Shown here: piece after piece, positions 20,881 to 30,765 of the stretch
How positions within the stretch are numbered: the first letter of the stretch is position 1
Layout of the letters: the number at the start of each line of letters is the position of its first letter
Assembly: GCF_049554935.1 (NCBI RefSeq)
Contig: NZ_CP186926.1
Coordinates: 224,001-288,000 of the forward strand
Reading direction: 5' to 3'
Source: Methanocaldococcus indicus
GTDB lineage: Archaea; AGJL01; Methanococci; Methanococcales; Methanocaldococcaceae
DNA length: 64,000 nt
Position numbers and translations under genes: made by a program
Notes under the pieces: generated by a model
What the model saw: only the letters and a program-made list of their open reading frames with translations
Told to the model about the DNA's origin: nothing
The model's database searches: none

Positions 20881-21053
20881 TTTAAAAATTCGTTAAGTAC
20901 TATAACACTATCACCAATATTCAAAATTTTCTTTCTTAATTCGGTATTTCTAACTATTATTATTTCTTTATCTAATTTATCTAAGACCTTTTCAACATTC
21001 AATAACATTAATTATGGTTTATGCAATACTTGAAATTAACTTTTCAATCGTCA

Positions 21054-21762
21054 GAGAGTGGAGAGTGTCAAGTTAAGCTTTTATTAATAATTGATAAAAA
21101 ATAATAAAATATGAAGCTCACGATAGAAGTCTTAAAGGAGAGAATCGAAGAGGAGAAGATTTTTAAAAGGAATAAGAAGTCGATAGAAGTTAAAATCTTA
21201 GCTGGGATTTTGTATTATCTTGGACTATCGTTGAGGAAGGTAAGTTTGTTTCTTTCCCAATTCGAAAGTATAAGCCATGAGTCGGTTAGGACTTATTATC
21301 ACAAGGTTAAAGAGGTTTTAAACGAACCTGAAAGAAAGGAAAGATACGCAATTGCAATCGATGAGACCAAACTAAAGATTGGAAATGAAAATATTTACGT
21401 ATGGTCTGCTATTGATGTTGAATCGAAAGAGTGCTTGGGAGTTTATGTTTCTGAAACAAGAAACTACCTCGATACTATATTATTCGTTAAGAGTATATTA
21501 AAATTTTGCTCTAATAAGCCGAAGATTTTGGTCGATGGTGGAAGATGGTATCCGTGGGCATTGCAAAGATTGGGTTTAGAATTTGAAAGAGTCCGATTCG
21601 GACTGAGAAATTGTGTAGAAAGCTTTTTCTCACTACTCAAACGAAGAACTAAAGCATTTTATAATAGGTTTCCTAATAACAGCAAATTCGATACAGTTGT
21701 TAGCTGGATTAAAAGTTTCATGATGTTTTACAATTGGTTGAAGTCGTTAACTTGACAGTGTC
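21054..21762 (+). mobile_element. IS6-family insertion sequence
   Basis: TIRs GAGAGTGTCAAGTTAA (21061-21076) and TTAACTTGACAGTGTC (21747-21762); ATCGTCA direct repeat at 21047-21053 and 21763-21769. Confidence 0.88.
21111..21755 (+). CDS. IS6-family transposase (intact)
   Basis: GLSLR, SHESV, AIDET, YVWSAID, LVDGG.WY, RN.VE.FF..LK.R; stop lies inside the right TIR. Confidence 0.92.
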   Translation: MKLTIEVLKERIEEEKIFKRNKKSIEVKILAGILYYLGLSLRKVSLFLSQFESISHESVRTYYHKVKEVLNEPERKERYAIAIDETKLKIGNENIYVWSAIDVESKECLGVYVSETRNYLDTILFVKSILKFCSNKPKILVDGGRWYPWALQRLGLEFERVRFGLRNCVESFFSLLKRRTKAFYNRFPNNSKFDTVVSWIKSFMMFYNWLKSLT

Positions 21763-21793
21763 ATCGTCATTTTTTAAACCTCTTTTAACCTTT

Positions 21794-22774
21794 TTAAACA
21801 ATATTCTTAAAATACCCTATAGTTCTTTTCAACCCCTCCTCCAACTTAATTTTAGGCTTCCAACCTAAAACTTCCTTAGCCATTGTTATATCCGGTCTTC
21901 TTCTAACGGGGTCATCTTTTGGTAATGGTTTAAATATAATTTTACTTTTACTTTCTGGAATTAACTCTAAAACTTTATGAGCTAATTCTAAAATAGTAAA
22001 TTCTTCTGGATTACCCATATTTAGCACTGGAACAGTATCCCAATTAAATTTATATTTTAATTTATTTTCTAATTCTTCTTCGTCTATTTCCATAAACTTT
22101 AACATCCCTTCAATTAAATCATCAATGTATTGAAAACTTCTTGTTTGTTTTCCGTCTCCATAGACAGTTAATGGTTCATTTTTTAACGCTTGGATTATAA
22201 AATTACTAACAACTCTTCCATCGTTTGGATCCATATAAGGCCCATAAGTATTAAAAATTCTAACTATCCTAATATCTAACCCAAAATTTTTCCAGTATTC
22301 ATAACAGTATGTTTCGGCAACTCTTTTTCCTTCATCATAACATGCTCTCGGACCAATAGGATTAACATTTCCCCAGTAATTCTCTTTCTGTGGATGCTCT
22401 AAGGGATTTCCATAAACTTCTGAAGTTGAAGCATGTAAAACTCTTGCATTATGTTTTTTTGCTAATTCTAAAATGTTAATTATCCCAAAGATGGAAGTAT
22501 TTAACGTGAAAATTGGATTTTTTTGATAATGTGGTGGAGAAGCTGGACAAGCTAAGTTGTAAATTTCATCTATTTCTTCATTAATTGTAATTGGCTTTGT
22601 TATATCATGCTTAATAAACCTAAAATTTGGATTGTCTAAAAATTGTTTTATATTTTCTAATCTCCCAGTATAGTTGTTATCTATACAAATAATTCTATTG
22701 TTATTTTCTAATAATCTTTTTATTAAATTGGTTCCAATAAATCCTGCTCCTCCAGTTACCAATATGGTTTTCAT
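21794..22774 (-). CDS. UDP-glucuronate decarboxylase (UDP-xylose synthase family SDR)
   Basis: [61 protein letters not shown]. Confidence 0.92.
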   Translation of the reverse strand: MKTILVTGGAGFIGTNLIKRLLENNNRIICIDNNYTGRLENIKQFLDNPNFRFIKHDITKPITINEEIDEIYNLACPASPPHYQKNPIFTLNTSIFGIINILELAKKHNARVLHASTSEVYGNPLEHPQKENYWGNVNPIGPRACYDEGKRVAETYCYEYWKNFGLDIRIVRIFNTYGPYMDPNDGRVVSNFIIQALKNEPLTVYGDGKQTRSFQYIDDLIEGMLKFMEIDEEELENKLKYKFNWDTVPVLNMGNPEEFTILELAHKVLELIPESKSKIIFKPLPKDDPVRRRPDITMAKEVLGWKPKIKLEEGLKRTIGYFKNIV

Positions 22775-24096
22775 CTACCCACCCCATAATATTTGAATCC
22801 TAATTTTTTAATCTTTTTAACATCCAAAACATTTCTTCCATCAAATACAACTTTTTCTTTAACTAAATTTGCAATTTTTTCCCAATCTTCTTTATTAAAA
22901 TCATACTCAACAGTTATTATTATTCCATCGACATCTTTAACTGTCTCATACAAGTCATCCAACACATACAAATTATAGCCGTAAAATGCCTTTGACTTAT
23001 TCAATTTATACATATTAGTTGTATTTTCTCTTGCTTTTTCCACATAATCAAACCCTTTAACAATTGCTCCACTATCTAAAACCATATCTATCAATTTTAT
23101 AGCCCTACTTTCTCTCAAATCATCAGTATTTGGTTTAAAAGCCAAACCTAAGATAGCAAAGGTCTTTCCATTTAAATTTCCATAGTAATTTTTAATTTTC
23201 TCAAAGAACCATTTTATTTGTTCTTCATTAACTCTATCCGTAGCTTTAATTAATATCGGCTCTATATTATTGTTTTCAAATTGTTTTATTAATGCTTTGA
23301 CATCCTTGGGGAAACAGCTTCCACCATAACCAATTCCAGCATTTAAGAACTTATTACCGATTCTTGGGTCTAATCCCATAGCATAGCTTATGTTTTTTAT
23401 ATCAGCTCCTACTTTATCTGCTAATTTTGCTATCTCATTTATGAATGATATTTTTGTTGCTAAGAATGCATTTGATGCATATTTTATTAACTCTGCTGTT
23501 TCCCAATTTGTTATTACAAATGGAACATTTTTCCCTTCAAAATAATTATAAACTTTTTTCATAATCTCAATTGGCTTTTTCTTATCTAAACTTTCAAATC
23601 CTAAAATTATTCTCTCTGGATTGAAAAAGTCATAAACAGCAATTCCTTCCCTTAAAAATTCAGGATTTGAAACAACATCAACATTATAACCTCTTAAGAG
23701 TTCTTTCACTTTCCTATTTGTTCCTACTGGAACAGTAGATTTTATAACAATAACTTTATAATCTTCTTTATCTATTGTTTCTTTTATTTTTTCAACTGCT
23801 GAAAATAAAAATCTTAAATCAGCATTACCATCTTTATCTTGTGGAGTCCCAACACATAAAAATATAACTTCAGAGTCTTTTATTGGCTCATAAGATGTTG
23901 TAAAAGTTAAATTTTTATTTACATGTTTTTTTAATAGCTCTTCTAATCCTTCTTCATACAAAGGACATTCTCCACTATTTAATGCTTTAACTTTTGATTC
24001 ATCAATATCTATTCCTACAACTTCAAAACCAAACTCTGCTAAACCAACTGCTTGTATTATACCAACATATCCAGTTCCAATAACTGAAATTTTCAT
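22771..24096 (-). CDS. ugd: UDP-glucose 6-dehydrogenase (no intein)
   Basis: [59 protein letters not shown]. Confidence 0.92.
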   Translation of the reverse strand: MKISVIGTGYVGIIQAVGLAEFGFEVVGIDIDESKVKALNSGECPLYEEGLEELLKKHVNKNLTFTTSYEPIKDSEVIFLCVGTPQDKDGNADLRFLFSAVEKIKETIDKEDYKVIVIKSTVPVGTNRKVKELLRGYNVDVVSNPEFLREGIAVYDFFNPERIILGFESLDKKKPIEIMKKVYNYFEGKNVPFVITNWETAELIKYASNAFLATKISFINEIAKLADKVGADIKNISYAMGLDPRIGNKFLNAGIGYGGSCFPKDVKALIKQFENNNIEPILIKATDRVNEEQIKWFFEKIKNYYGNLNGKTFAILGLAFKPNTDDLRESRAIKLIDMVLDSGAIVKGFDYVEKARENTTNMYKLNKSKAFYGYNLYVLDDLYETVKDVDGIIITVEYDFNKEDWEKIANLVKEKVVFDGRNVLDVKKIKKLGFKYYGVGR

Positions 24097-25625
24097 TTAA
24101 ATCCCCTAAGTTTGTTTATTGTATCATAAATTTCTTTTATATCTACAACTTTCAACCCTAAAATTCCAATTATATAGACTCCAAAATAAACAACTCCACC
24201 AACAATTAACTGTAAAATAACATTATTTATAGTTTTTGTTATCAACACCAAAGGAATTAAACTAAAAATTCCTACTAAAACAGCTAAAACCCATTTTTTA
24301 ATCAAAAATGAATAGTTCAAGAATTTACTTAAATACCATGTTTGCAAAATCCACATTAAAAAGTAACTTGTGACTGTAGTTAAAGAAGCTCCAACAATTC
24401 CTAATTTAGGAATCAATAAAATATTAAAAATCAAATTAAAAATAGCTCCAAAATATATAATCTTAGTTGATAATTGTGGTTTTCCTATGCCATTTAAAAC
24501 CGTAAATCCAATTCTATTTAGTGTCATAAAAATCGTCCCTAAACTCAAAATTCTTATAGCTGGAACAGCAGATAAATATTGGGGATTAAAGAATAAATTT
24601 ATTATTACTGAGGGAAAGTAAGCCATCAATATAGCCATAGGTAAAACTAAAACAAAAGAATATAAACAAATTCTCTCAACTCCATAACCTAATGCTTCTT
24701 TATAACCCTTTTCCCATAACTCAGAACTCATTGGGAATAAAACTGCTCCAACAGCTGAGGCAAAATAACCCAATATAGAGACAGTTGGCATAGCAACATT
24801 CCTATAATCAGCAACTGCATTTAAACCTGTGAAGTAAGTTAAGCAAATTCCATCAACATATCCTAAAACTAAACTTCCAGCACTACCTAACATAACAGGT
24901 AGTCCATAAGAAAATAAATCTTTAATTAATTTTTTTGAAAATAAAAATCTCTCTTTAAAGAAATCTGGAAATATCTTTCTAATAAATATATATCCATAAA
25001 TAAGAATCATTAAAATTGGAGCTAAGGTGTAGGCATAAGTTGGAACTAAAGCATTATGCAGTCCAAATATATAAATAAATATTACTGATAAAATCAATAT
25101 TAAGGAAATCCTAACAAAATTTATAGTTCCAAAATACTTCTGATTTTGAAAGCCCAATATGCTGTTTGATATAACATCCATAATGCTCTGAAACCAATAT
25201 CCAATACTCAAAATAATTAAAACATCAATAACTAAATCTAAATGCCCTGTAAATTGCCCTTGATTATTTATATAAAACTCTGCAATAAATGGAGCCAACA
25301 AAATTATTAAAATTGTTATAATTAAAGAAACAGAACTTTGCAAAACTCCAACACTAATTATGGCTGATTTAACTAAATCTTTCCTTTTCTCATGTAGAAA
25401 TTTTGGAATAAACCTAACTAATGCAGCACTTAAACCCAAATCCTTAAAAATAGCAACCATACAACAAAAGTCCAAAACAGCATAAAATAAACCTACATCT
25501 AACTTAGGAATTTCATTTGCATATAAAACTCTAACTAAATATCCAATTGGTGCAGCTAAAATTAATAGCAAAAAATTCCAGCTAATACCTTTTATAGCTC
25601 TCTCTTTATAACTCAACTTATTCAC
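24093..25625 (-). CDS. Wzx-type oligosaccharide flippase
   Basis: About 12-14 TMs, DLGL..AL.RFI, LN..LIPK.G..GA; MOP/PST family pattern. Confidence 0.88.
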   Translation of the reverse strand: MNKLSYKERAIKGISWNFLLLILAAPIGYLVRVLYANEIPKLDVGLFYAVLDFCCMVAIFKDLGLSAALVRFIPKFLHEKRKDLVKSAIISVGVLQSSVSLIITILIILLAPFIAEFYINNQGQFTGHLDLVIDVLIILSIGYWFQSIMDVISNSILGFQNQKYFGTINFVRISLILILSVIFIYIFGLHNALVPTYAYTLAPILMILIYGYIFIRKIFPDFFKERFLFSKKLIKDLFSYGLPVMLGSAGSLVLGYVDGICLTYFTGLNAVADYRNVAMPTVSILGYFASAVGAVLFPMSSELWEKGYKEALGYGVERICLYSFVLVLPMAILMAYFPSVIINLFFNPQYLSAVPAIRILSLGTIFMTLNRIGFTVLNGIGKPQLSTKIIYFGAIFNLIFNILLIPKLGIVGASLTTVTSYFLMWILQTWYLSKFLNYSFLIKKWVLAVLVGIFSLIPLVLITKTINNVILQLIVGGVVYFGVYIIGILGLKVVDIKEIYDTINKLRGFK

Positions 25626-25807
25626 CTTATTTTTATAAAATCTTTTTTATAGCATCTAAAACTTAAAAAGATGTATCTAAAAATAAAATTTCTTTCAAAA
25701 TGTTTTAAAAAACATAAACTCTATAAGTCAGTTTTAATAACTTTGTGACTTTAAAGAAAACTTTTAGTAAAATTTTCATCAGAACTTGTCTGTTAAGTTT
25801 AGGGCTT

Positions 25808-26929
25808 TCAACCCATTTGGTATTCATTCAGTAATCTCTTTATGGCGCTCCAAATTAAAAATGATTGTGGTTTTAATGTTCCCTCAATAGGATTTAAAAA
25901 CAGTATGTTCCTTTTAACTAAAAACTCCTTTGTATCTTCATCTATCAAATATTCATCAATTTCATATTTATCCATAAATAATTTTAATGCATCTATAACA
26001 TTTTCATATTCAATTCCTTCAAATTTTTTATTTTTTACATTAATCAACAATTTTTTTAACTTAGATAATGTATCTTTTAACATAAACTCTAAGATAACAT
26101 CTAACCTTTCATATTTTAGCTTATCAATAACCTTTATTATTAAAATTGGCTTTCCACCTACATAAGAATAAATAAGTTCTTTCTCATCATTAGAAAGTTT
26201 TTTATTTAAAATTTCATCAGATAAAAAATCCATAAATTTTAAAGCAGTTTCTTTATTAAAATCATCAACTAAAATATAATCAATCCTATCATTTAACATA
26301 GCTTCATTATAAACTTTCTCAATAAATAAGCTATCAGAAGATAAGCAAAAAACATGGCATAAATGTAATTCTTTAGTTAAATCAATAAAGTAGTTAAATA
26401 GTTCATAAATCATAAATCCATTTATTTTCATATCACCAATTTTTTGGAGCTCATCAATTATTAAAACTGGTTGCTTTCCATTCTTTTTAATTTCCATTAG
26501 AATATTGGTTATATATCTAAATACATTTTTAACTTCATTGTTTTTTAATATCTCCCTTAATGTGTTTTTAGGTATTGGAATACTATCTAAAACCCCACCA
26601 GATATTTTAGTTATTAAAAAACTCTTAATAACCTCTGGAGAGTCCTTAATTAGAGACAAAAATAATCTTTTAACCTTATCAATAAATGATTCTTCATACT
26701 CTTCAAATAAAACCTCAATAAAGTCCTCATATTTTGATATAAAAATTCCTCTTAAATTTATATAAAAAACAACATACCTATCTTTATCTAACCTATTGTT
26801 AATTATTTCATTTATTAAAGCTGTCTTTCCAGAGTTTATTGGTCCATATATAAAATATATAAAATTTGGCTCACTCTCTATTATGGATACTATCTCTCTT
26901 ATCTCTTCCTCCCTATTAAAAAATTTCAT
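25808..26929 (-). CDS. Archaeal (MJ-type) AAA ATPase
   Basis: [15 protein letters not shown] Walker A, IIDELQ Walker B, SSDS, VGGKP. Confidence 0.9.
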   Translation of the reverse strand: MKFFNREEEIREIVSIIESEPNFIYFIYGPINSGKTALINEIINNRLDKDRYVVFYINLRGIFISKYEDFIEVLFEEYEESFIDKVKRLFLSLIKDSPEVIKSFLITKISGGVLDSIPIPKNTLREILKNNEVKNVFRYITNILMEIKKNGKQPVLIIDELQKIGDMKINGFMIYELFNYFIDLTKELHLCHVFCLSSDSLFIEKVYNEAMLNDRIDYILVDDFNKETALKFMDFLSDEILNKKLSNDEKELIYSYVGGKPILIIKVIDKLKYERLDVILEFMLKDTLSKLKKLLINVKNKKFEGIEYENVIDALKLFMDKYEIDEYLIDEDTKEFLVKRNILFLNPIEGTLKPQSFLIWSAIKRLLNEYQMG

Positions 26930-26940
26930 AATTTCACTAA

Positions 26941-27426
26941 TTATTTAGAGAGTTTAACTATAATTAATCCAATAATTAATAAGGAAAAAATCATTAATTC
27001 AAAATTTATTGGTGTTTTTATAGGTTCATTTATATTTATATCTTTTACTACATAGTAAGGATGATAGCTATCATTACCTATCAAATTCATTCCTTCAACT
27101 CTTAAAGTATTCTTACCATTTTTTAAGTAGTTTGTTATATCAATTGTGACATTTTTTTTATAGTTTCCAGAACCATCATTTGAATCATCAATAACATAAA
27201 TTAAATTTCCATTTAGATAAATATTTACTTTCATATTTTTATTTATATTTCCATAATGAACAAAACTCATCTTATAGGAGTAGATCTCAACTTTGTTAAT
27301 GGTAAATGTAATTGATTTGTTTGGTGATTCTTCATTTACCTTTATATAATTTATGTAATAACTCATACATACATTTAATATTAAGATTAGAATCAGAACT
27401 ATAATATATTTTTTCATTAACAACAC
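26941..27426 (-). CDS. Exported beta-rich protein with a C-terminal membrane anchor (PIP-CTERM-like)
   Basis: Signal peptide; [16 protein letters not shown] beta-sandwich-type motif; C-terminal KTPIN + TM + basic tail. Confidence 0.6.
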   Translation of the reverse strand: MLLMKKYIIVLILILILNVCMSYYINYIKVNEESPNKSITFTINKVEIYSYKMSFVHYGNINKNMKVNIYLNGNLIYVIDDSNDGSGNYKKNVTIDITNYLKNGKNTLRVEGMNLIGNDSYHPYYVVKDININEPIKTPINFELMIFSLLIIGLIIVKLSK

Positions 27427-27429
27427 TAC

Positions 27430-28461
27430 TTAATTATCTTTCTCTAAATAGATGGAATATGTTGGAAATGCCATTTCTATATTTTCTTTCTCAAATTCTT
27501 CTTTTATTTTTAGGTTTATATCTTCTAATGCATTTAGATAGTAATCAAAACCAATATTCCTAATGAAGTATTCAACTCTCAAATTTAAAGACCAATCTCC
27601 ATATTTAACAAAATGCACTCTATATGGTGGTAAAGTAGCTTCATGCTCTTCAATAATTTTTAAAATTATTTCCTTAGCTTTCCTAATTTTTTCTGGTGGT
27701 GTTGAATATACTAAACCAATAGTCATTAACACTCTTCTTCTATCCCTTACATCAAAGTTCTCAATTTCACTATCTAAGATTTTATAATTTGGCATAATAA
27801 CTAAGGATTTATCAAAAGTCCTAATTTTTGTTGTTCTCATACCAATTTCTTCAACTATTCCCTCAAAATCTCCAACTTTAATCCAATGTCCTATTAAAAA
27901 TGGTTTATCTATTAAAATTAAAACTCCTGCAATGAAGTTTTTTATAACATCTTGCATAGCTAATGCAACAGCTAAACCTCCTATCCCCAATCCGGCTAAA
28001 AGAGCAGTTATATCATAACCAATAGAGCTTAAAGCTGTTAAAATAGAAAATATTATAATTAAAATTTTAGTTAGTTTTTTTAAAGGTTTAACTATGTGGT
28101 CATCTAACTGAATATCTGTCTTTTCAGTATATGGAATTATATAGTAGTCAAAAATCTTATCTGCTAATCTATATATTGCATATCCTGCTAAAAGAATTAC
28201 AAAAGCTTTAAATCCATTTGTTACTAAATCAGTGTAAATATTCAGATAAACTAAAGAAAGATATATGGAAAAAGCAACAATCCCAACAACAATAACATTA
28301 TCAATAGAATCTAAAATTATGTCATCTAATTTAGTTTTTGTTTTTTTAAATAGCTTTCTAATATAGTTTTTTATAATTTTGTTTATTAATAAACTTCCTA
28401 ATATACCCAAAACAACAATTATAATAGATACTATTATTTTATATATGTCAATATCCATCAT
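27430..28461 (-). CDS. MscS mechanosensitive channel
   Basis: ALLAGLGIGGLAVALA.QD..KN..AG, DKPF.IG.WI, G.VEEIG.R.T, AFPT. Confidence 0.92.
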   Translation of the reverse strand: MMDIDIYKIIVSIIIVVLGILGSLLINKIIKNYIRKLFKKTKTKLDDIILDSIDNVIVVGIVAFSIYLSLVYLNIYTDLVTNGFKAFVILLAGYAIYRLADKIFDYYIIPYTEKTDIQLDDHIVKPLKKLTKILIIIFSILTALSSIGYDITALLAGLGIGGLAVALAMQDVIKNFIAGVLILIDKPFLIGHWIKVGDFEGIVEEIGMRTTKIRTFDKSLVIMPNYKILDSEIENFDVRDRRRVLMTIGLVYSTPPEKIRKAKEIILKIIEEHEATLPPYRVHFVKYGDWSLNLRVEYFIRNIGFDYYLNALEDINLKIKEEFEKENIEMAFPTYSIYLEKDN

Positions 28462-29210
28462 GCTATATCCCCAAACAATATCCTTGTTCCAACATTTTTT
28501 CCACTAAGAGCTTTATAAATATATCTTTTTTTATTTCCATTAAATACTTGTGCATCAACTTTGTAGTTGTAGAGTGTTTTTATTTTATATGCCATTCCAC
28601 CAGTTATATCAATTCCTTCACTACCTTTAAGATGATTTAATATTTCATTATAATTGGATGAATTAATCTCATCAATAACCTCTCCATTAACATATATTCC
28701 ATCTACATCAGTAGCATATAATATTTTAAACTTAAAATCTTTTGCTAATATTGGAGCTATATCATCCCCAGAAATTATTTTATAGTTATCTTCAGAAACA
28801 ATAATATCTCCATGAACAACTGGAATTAATCCTTTTTTTAGCATCAATCTTATTGTATAAGTATCAAAGAATATCTTATTTTCTTTATAATAAGCAAATG
28901 AAGATGGTTGTATTGAAACTGCTGGAATGTCATAACTTTGCAAGATGTCAATAATAATATTGTTAAATCTTCTCATAGCCCTTTGAATCTCCCAAAAACC
29001 TTCATTCATATTTATAAATTTATTATCTTTTAAATATTTTTTTGCAACAGGATGACCAAAAGAGCCACCACCATGAATTATAATTAGATTATCTAAATTG
29101 TTTAAACTTTCTTTTATCTCTAATCCAATTCTTTCCAAATTATCCCATTTTATAGAAAATGGAACTTTCTTATCTGTTAAAATACTCCCTCCAAGCTTTA
29201 AAATTGTCAT
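28458..29210 (-). CDS. ipk: Isopentenyl phosphate kinase
   Basis: ILKLGGS.LTDK, HGGGSFGHP, HGD, ISGD, D.TGGM..K. Confidence 0.88.
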   Translation of the reverse strand: MTILKLGGSILTDKKVPFSIKWDNLERIGLEIKESLNNLDNLIIIHGGGSFGHPVAKKYLKDNKFINMNEGFWEIQRAMRRFNNIIIDILQSYDIPAVSIQPSSFAYYKENKIFFDTYTIRLMLKKGLIPVVHGDIIVSEDNYKIISGDDIAPILAKDFKFKILYATDVDGIYVNGEVIDEINSSNYNEILNHLKGSEGIDITGGMAYKIKTLYNYKVDAQVFNGNKKRYIYKALSGKNVGTRILFGDIA

Positions 29211-29393
29211 TTTATCCTCCTTTAATAATTAAATTCTAAATATTAATATCAAATTAATTAGATACCACAATTAAATTTTAGCAAACAATATTTTTACGTA
29301 GCATTTTTGAATCTTGCTTCACTCATTATTTTTTATGTTTTTTCAATAACATCTACTTATATCAAATATTTCCATTTTACATTTATAAAATAT

Positions 29394-29796
29394 CATTTTT
29401 CATAAGGTTTAAGTTTAAAAACTATTATATTTCTTAGGTTTCCTTCCATATCGTATTTTTCTTTGAATTCATAACCAATACATCATACAAAACGGCCAAT
29501 ATACTTTACTTTTCCATTTACCATATTTTCAAATAAATGAAGTTCATAACCTTCTTTCAAGTGATTTTTAATTGCCTTATTTCCTCTTTTAAACACCATA
29601 TTACCAATTTGTCCCTCACCACAATAATAAAAAATTCCATCTTTCCATTTATCTTCATAACCATATTTTTTTCCTGCAGTTCCATAAAATAGCATTATTA
29701 TATTATATTTTTTAAATTTACTTATACCACTTCTTCTATTTCCACCATATTTATCATGTAATTCTTTTCTTATGTAAATTTTATTTTTTTAAACAT
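29394..29796 (-). pseudogene. Decayed SRA-like (ScoMcrA-type) modified-DNA recognition domain of a type IV restriction enzyme
   Basis: Reconstructed IRKELHDKYGGNRRSGIS...YGYEDKW...F.YCGEGQIGNMVFKRGNKAI...LHLF...RNIIVFKLKP; frameshift in an A7 run near 29785-29790, in-frame TGA at 29483-29485, no recognisable HNH domain left. Confidence 0.7.
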
Positions 29797-29987
29797 AAAT
29801 ACCACATTTATTAGATTTTAAGATAATATTATACTCATCCTCTAAATAAACCTTTCTTGTTCTAGGTTGTCGAAAAATTATAGGAGGGAAAAAATTTAGT
29901 AATACTGGTAAATTAGAATATATAAGTAAGTATTTAAGCATTTATATCTACTATAACAAATTTTAAAATAATATAAAAAGGGAAAAC

Positions 29988-30649
29988 ATGCAAATTCCTA
30001 TGCTAATATGCCGTTTAAAAACAAATAAACCACTAAAAAAGTCACAAACACCATTATTAAGAGGATATATCTTAAACAAGTTTGGAAAAAAGGATTATGT
30101 TGAACTACATAACCATAGTGGAGAAGGTTTTGTCTATATATATCCAAAAATACAGTATAAAATTATTGGTGGAGATGCTGTTTTAATTGGTATAAAAGAG
30201 GGAATAAATGTTTTAGGAGACATTATTTTAGATATAAAAGAGCTAGATTTAAAAGGAGAAATTTATAAAGTTGTTAATGGATATGTAAGAGTAAAATTAG
30301 AAGAGTTTGGAGTTGCAGATGACATGATTAAATATAAATTTATCTCACCATGGATTGCTTTGAATGAAAAAAATTATTTAAAATTTAAAAATTTAGATAA
30401 AGAAGGAAGAAAAAAATTATTAGAGAGGATTTTAATTGGAAATGTTTTGTCAATGAGAAGTATTTAGATTATACAGTTGATAAAAAGATAGAAGTAGAGA
30501 TTTTAGAATTTAAAGATTTTATAGTTAAATATAAAGGAGTTGAATTTATTGGTTTTAAAGGAGAGTTTTTAATTAATTTTAACATTCCTAACTATTTAGG
30601 AATTGGAAGAAAAGTATCCAAAGGTTTTGGAAGTGTTATAAAAGTTTAA
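29988..30649 (+). pseudogene. cas6: Cas6b CRISPR endoribonuclease with a 1-nt frameshift at about 30457
   Basis: LRGY, LHNH, YPKIQYK, SPWIALN, LIGNVLSM; alternative frame continues KYLDYTV...F..NFNIPNYLGIGRKVSKGFG (Cas6 G-rich loop) to TAA 30647-30649. Confidence 0.88.
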
Positions 30650-30730
30650 TTGTATATAATACTGCTTTTTAAAATATACAAATTTTTTCATGTCAGTAAT
30701 ATTTATATACTACAAATTATTATAATCTTA

Positions 30731-30754
30731 ATGTGTAGTAAAAATACTACATAT
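30731..30754. promoter_or_regulatory. Inverted repeat ATGTGTAGTA-AAAA-TACTACATAT downstream of the TATA box
   Basis: Near-perfect palindrome at the expected start site after TTTATATA (30702-30709); a third TACTACA half-site at 30708-30714. Confidence 0.45.
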
Positions 30755-30765
30755 TGGTGATACAT

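Noticed and set aside
20800-21033. 77-aa plus-strand ORF
   Set aside because: Spans an IS end, has low-complexity composition and no RBS.
25755-25815. Hammerhead ribozyme (minus-strand CTGATGA followed by a stem)
   Set aside because: No GAAA after stem II and no stem I/III pairing.
29483-29485. In-frame TGA in the SRA-like gene as selenocysteine (the genome encodes SepSecS)
   Set aside because: The gene also has a frameshift and a lost C-terminus, no GC-stem GAA/A SECIS is visible downstream, and this is not a known selenoprotein family.
29830-29900. Mini-CRISPR repeat upstream of cas6b
   Set aside because: Only CATCCTC is shared with the array repeat and there is no repeat-spacer structure; better read as promoter sequence.
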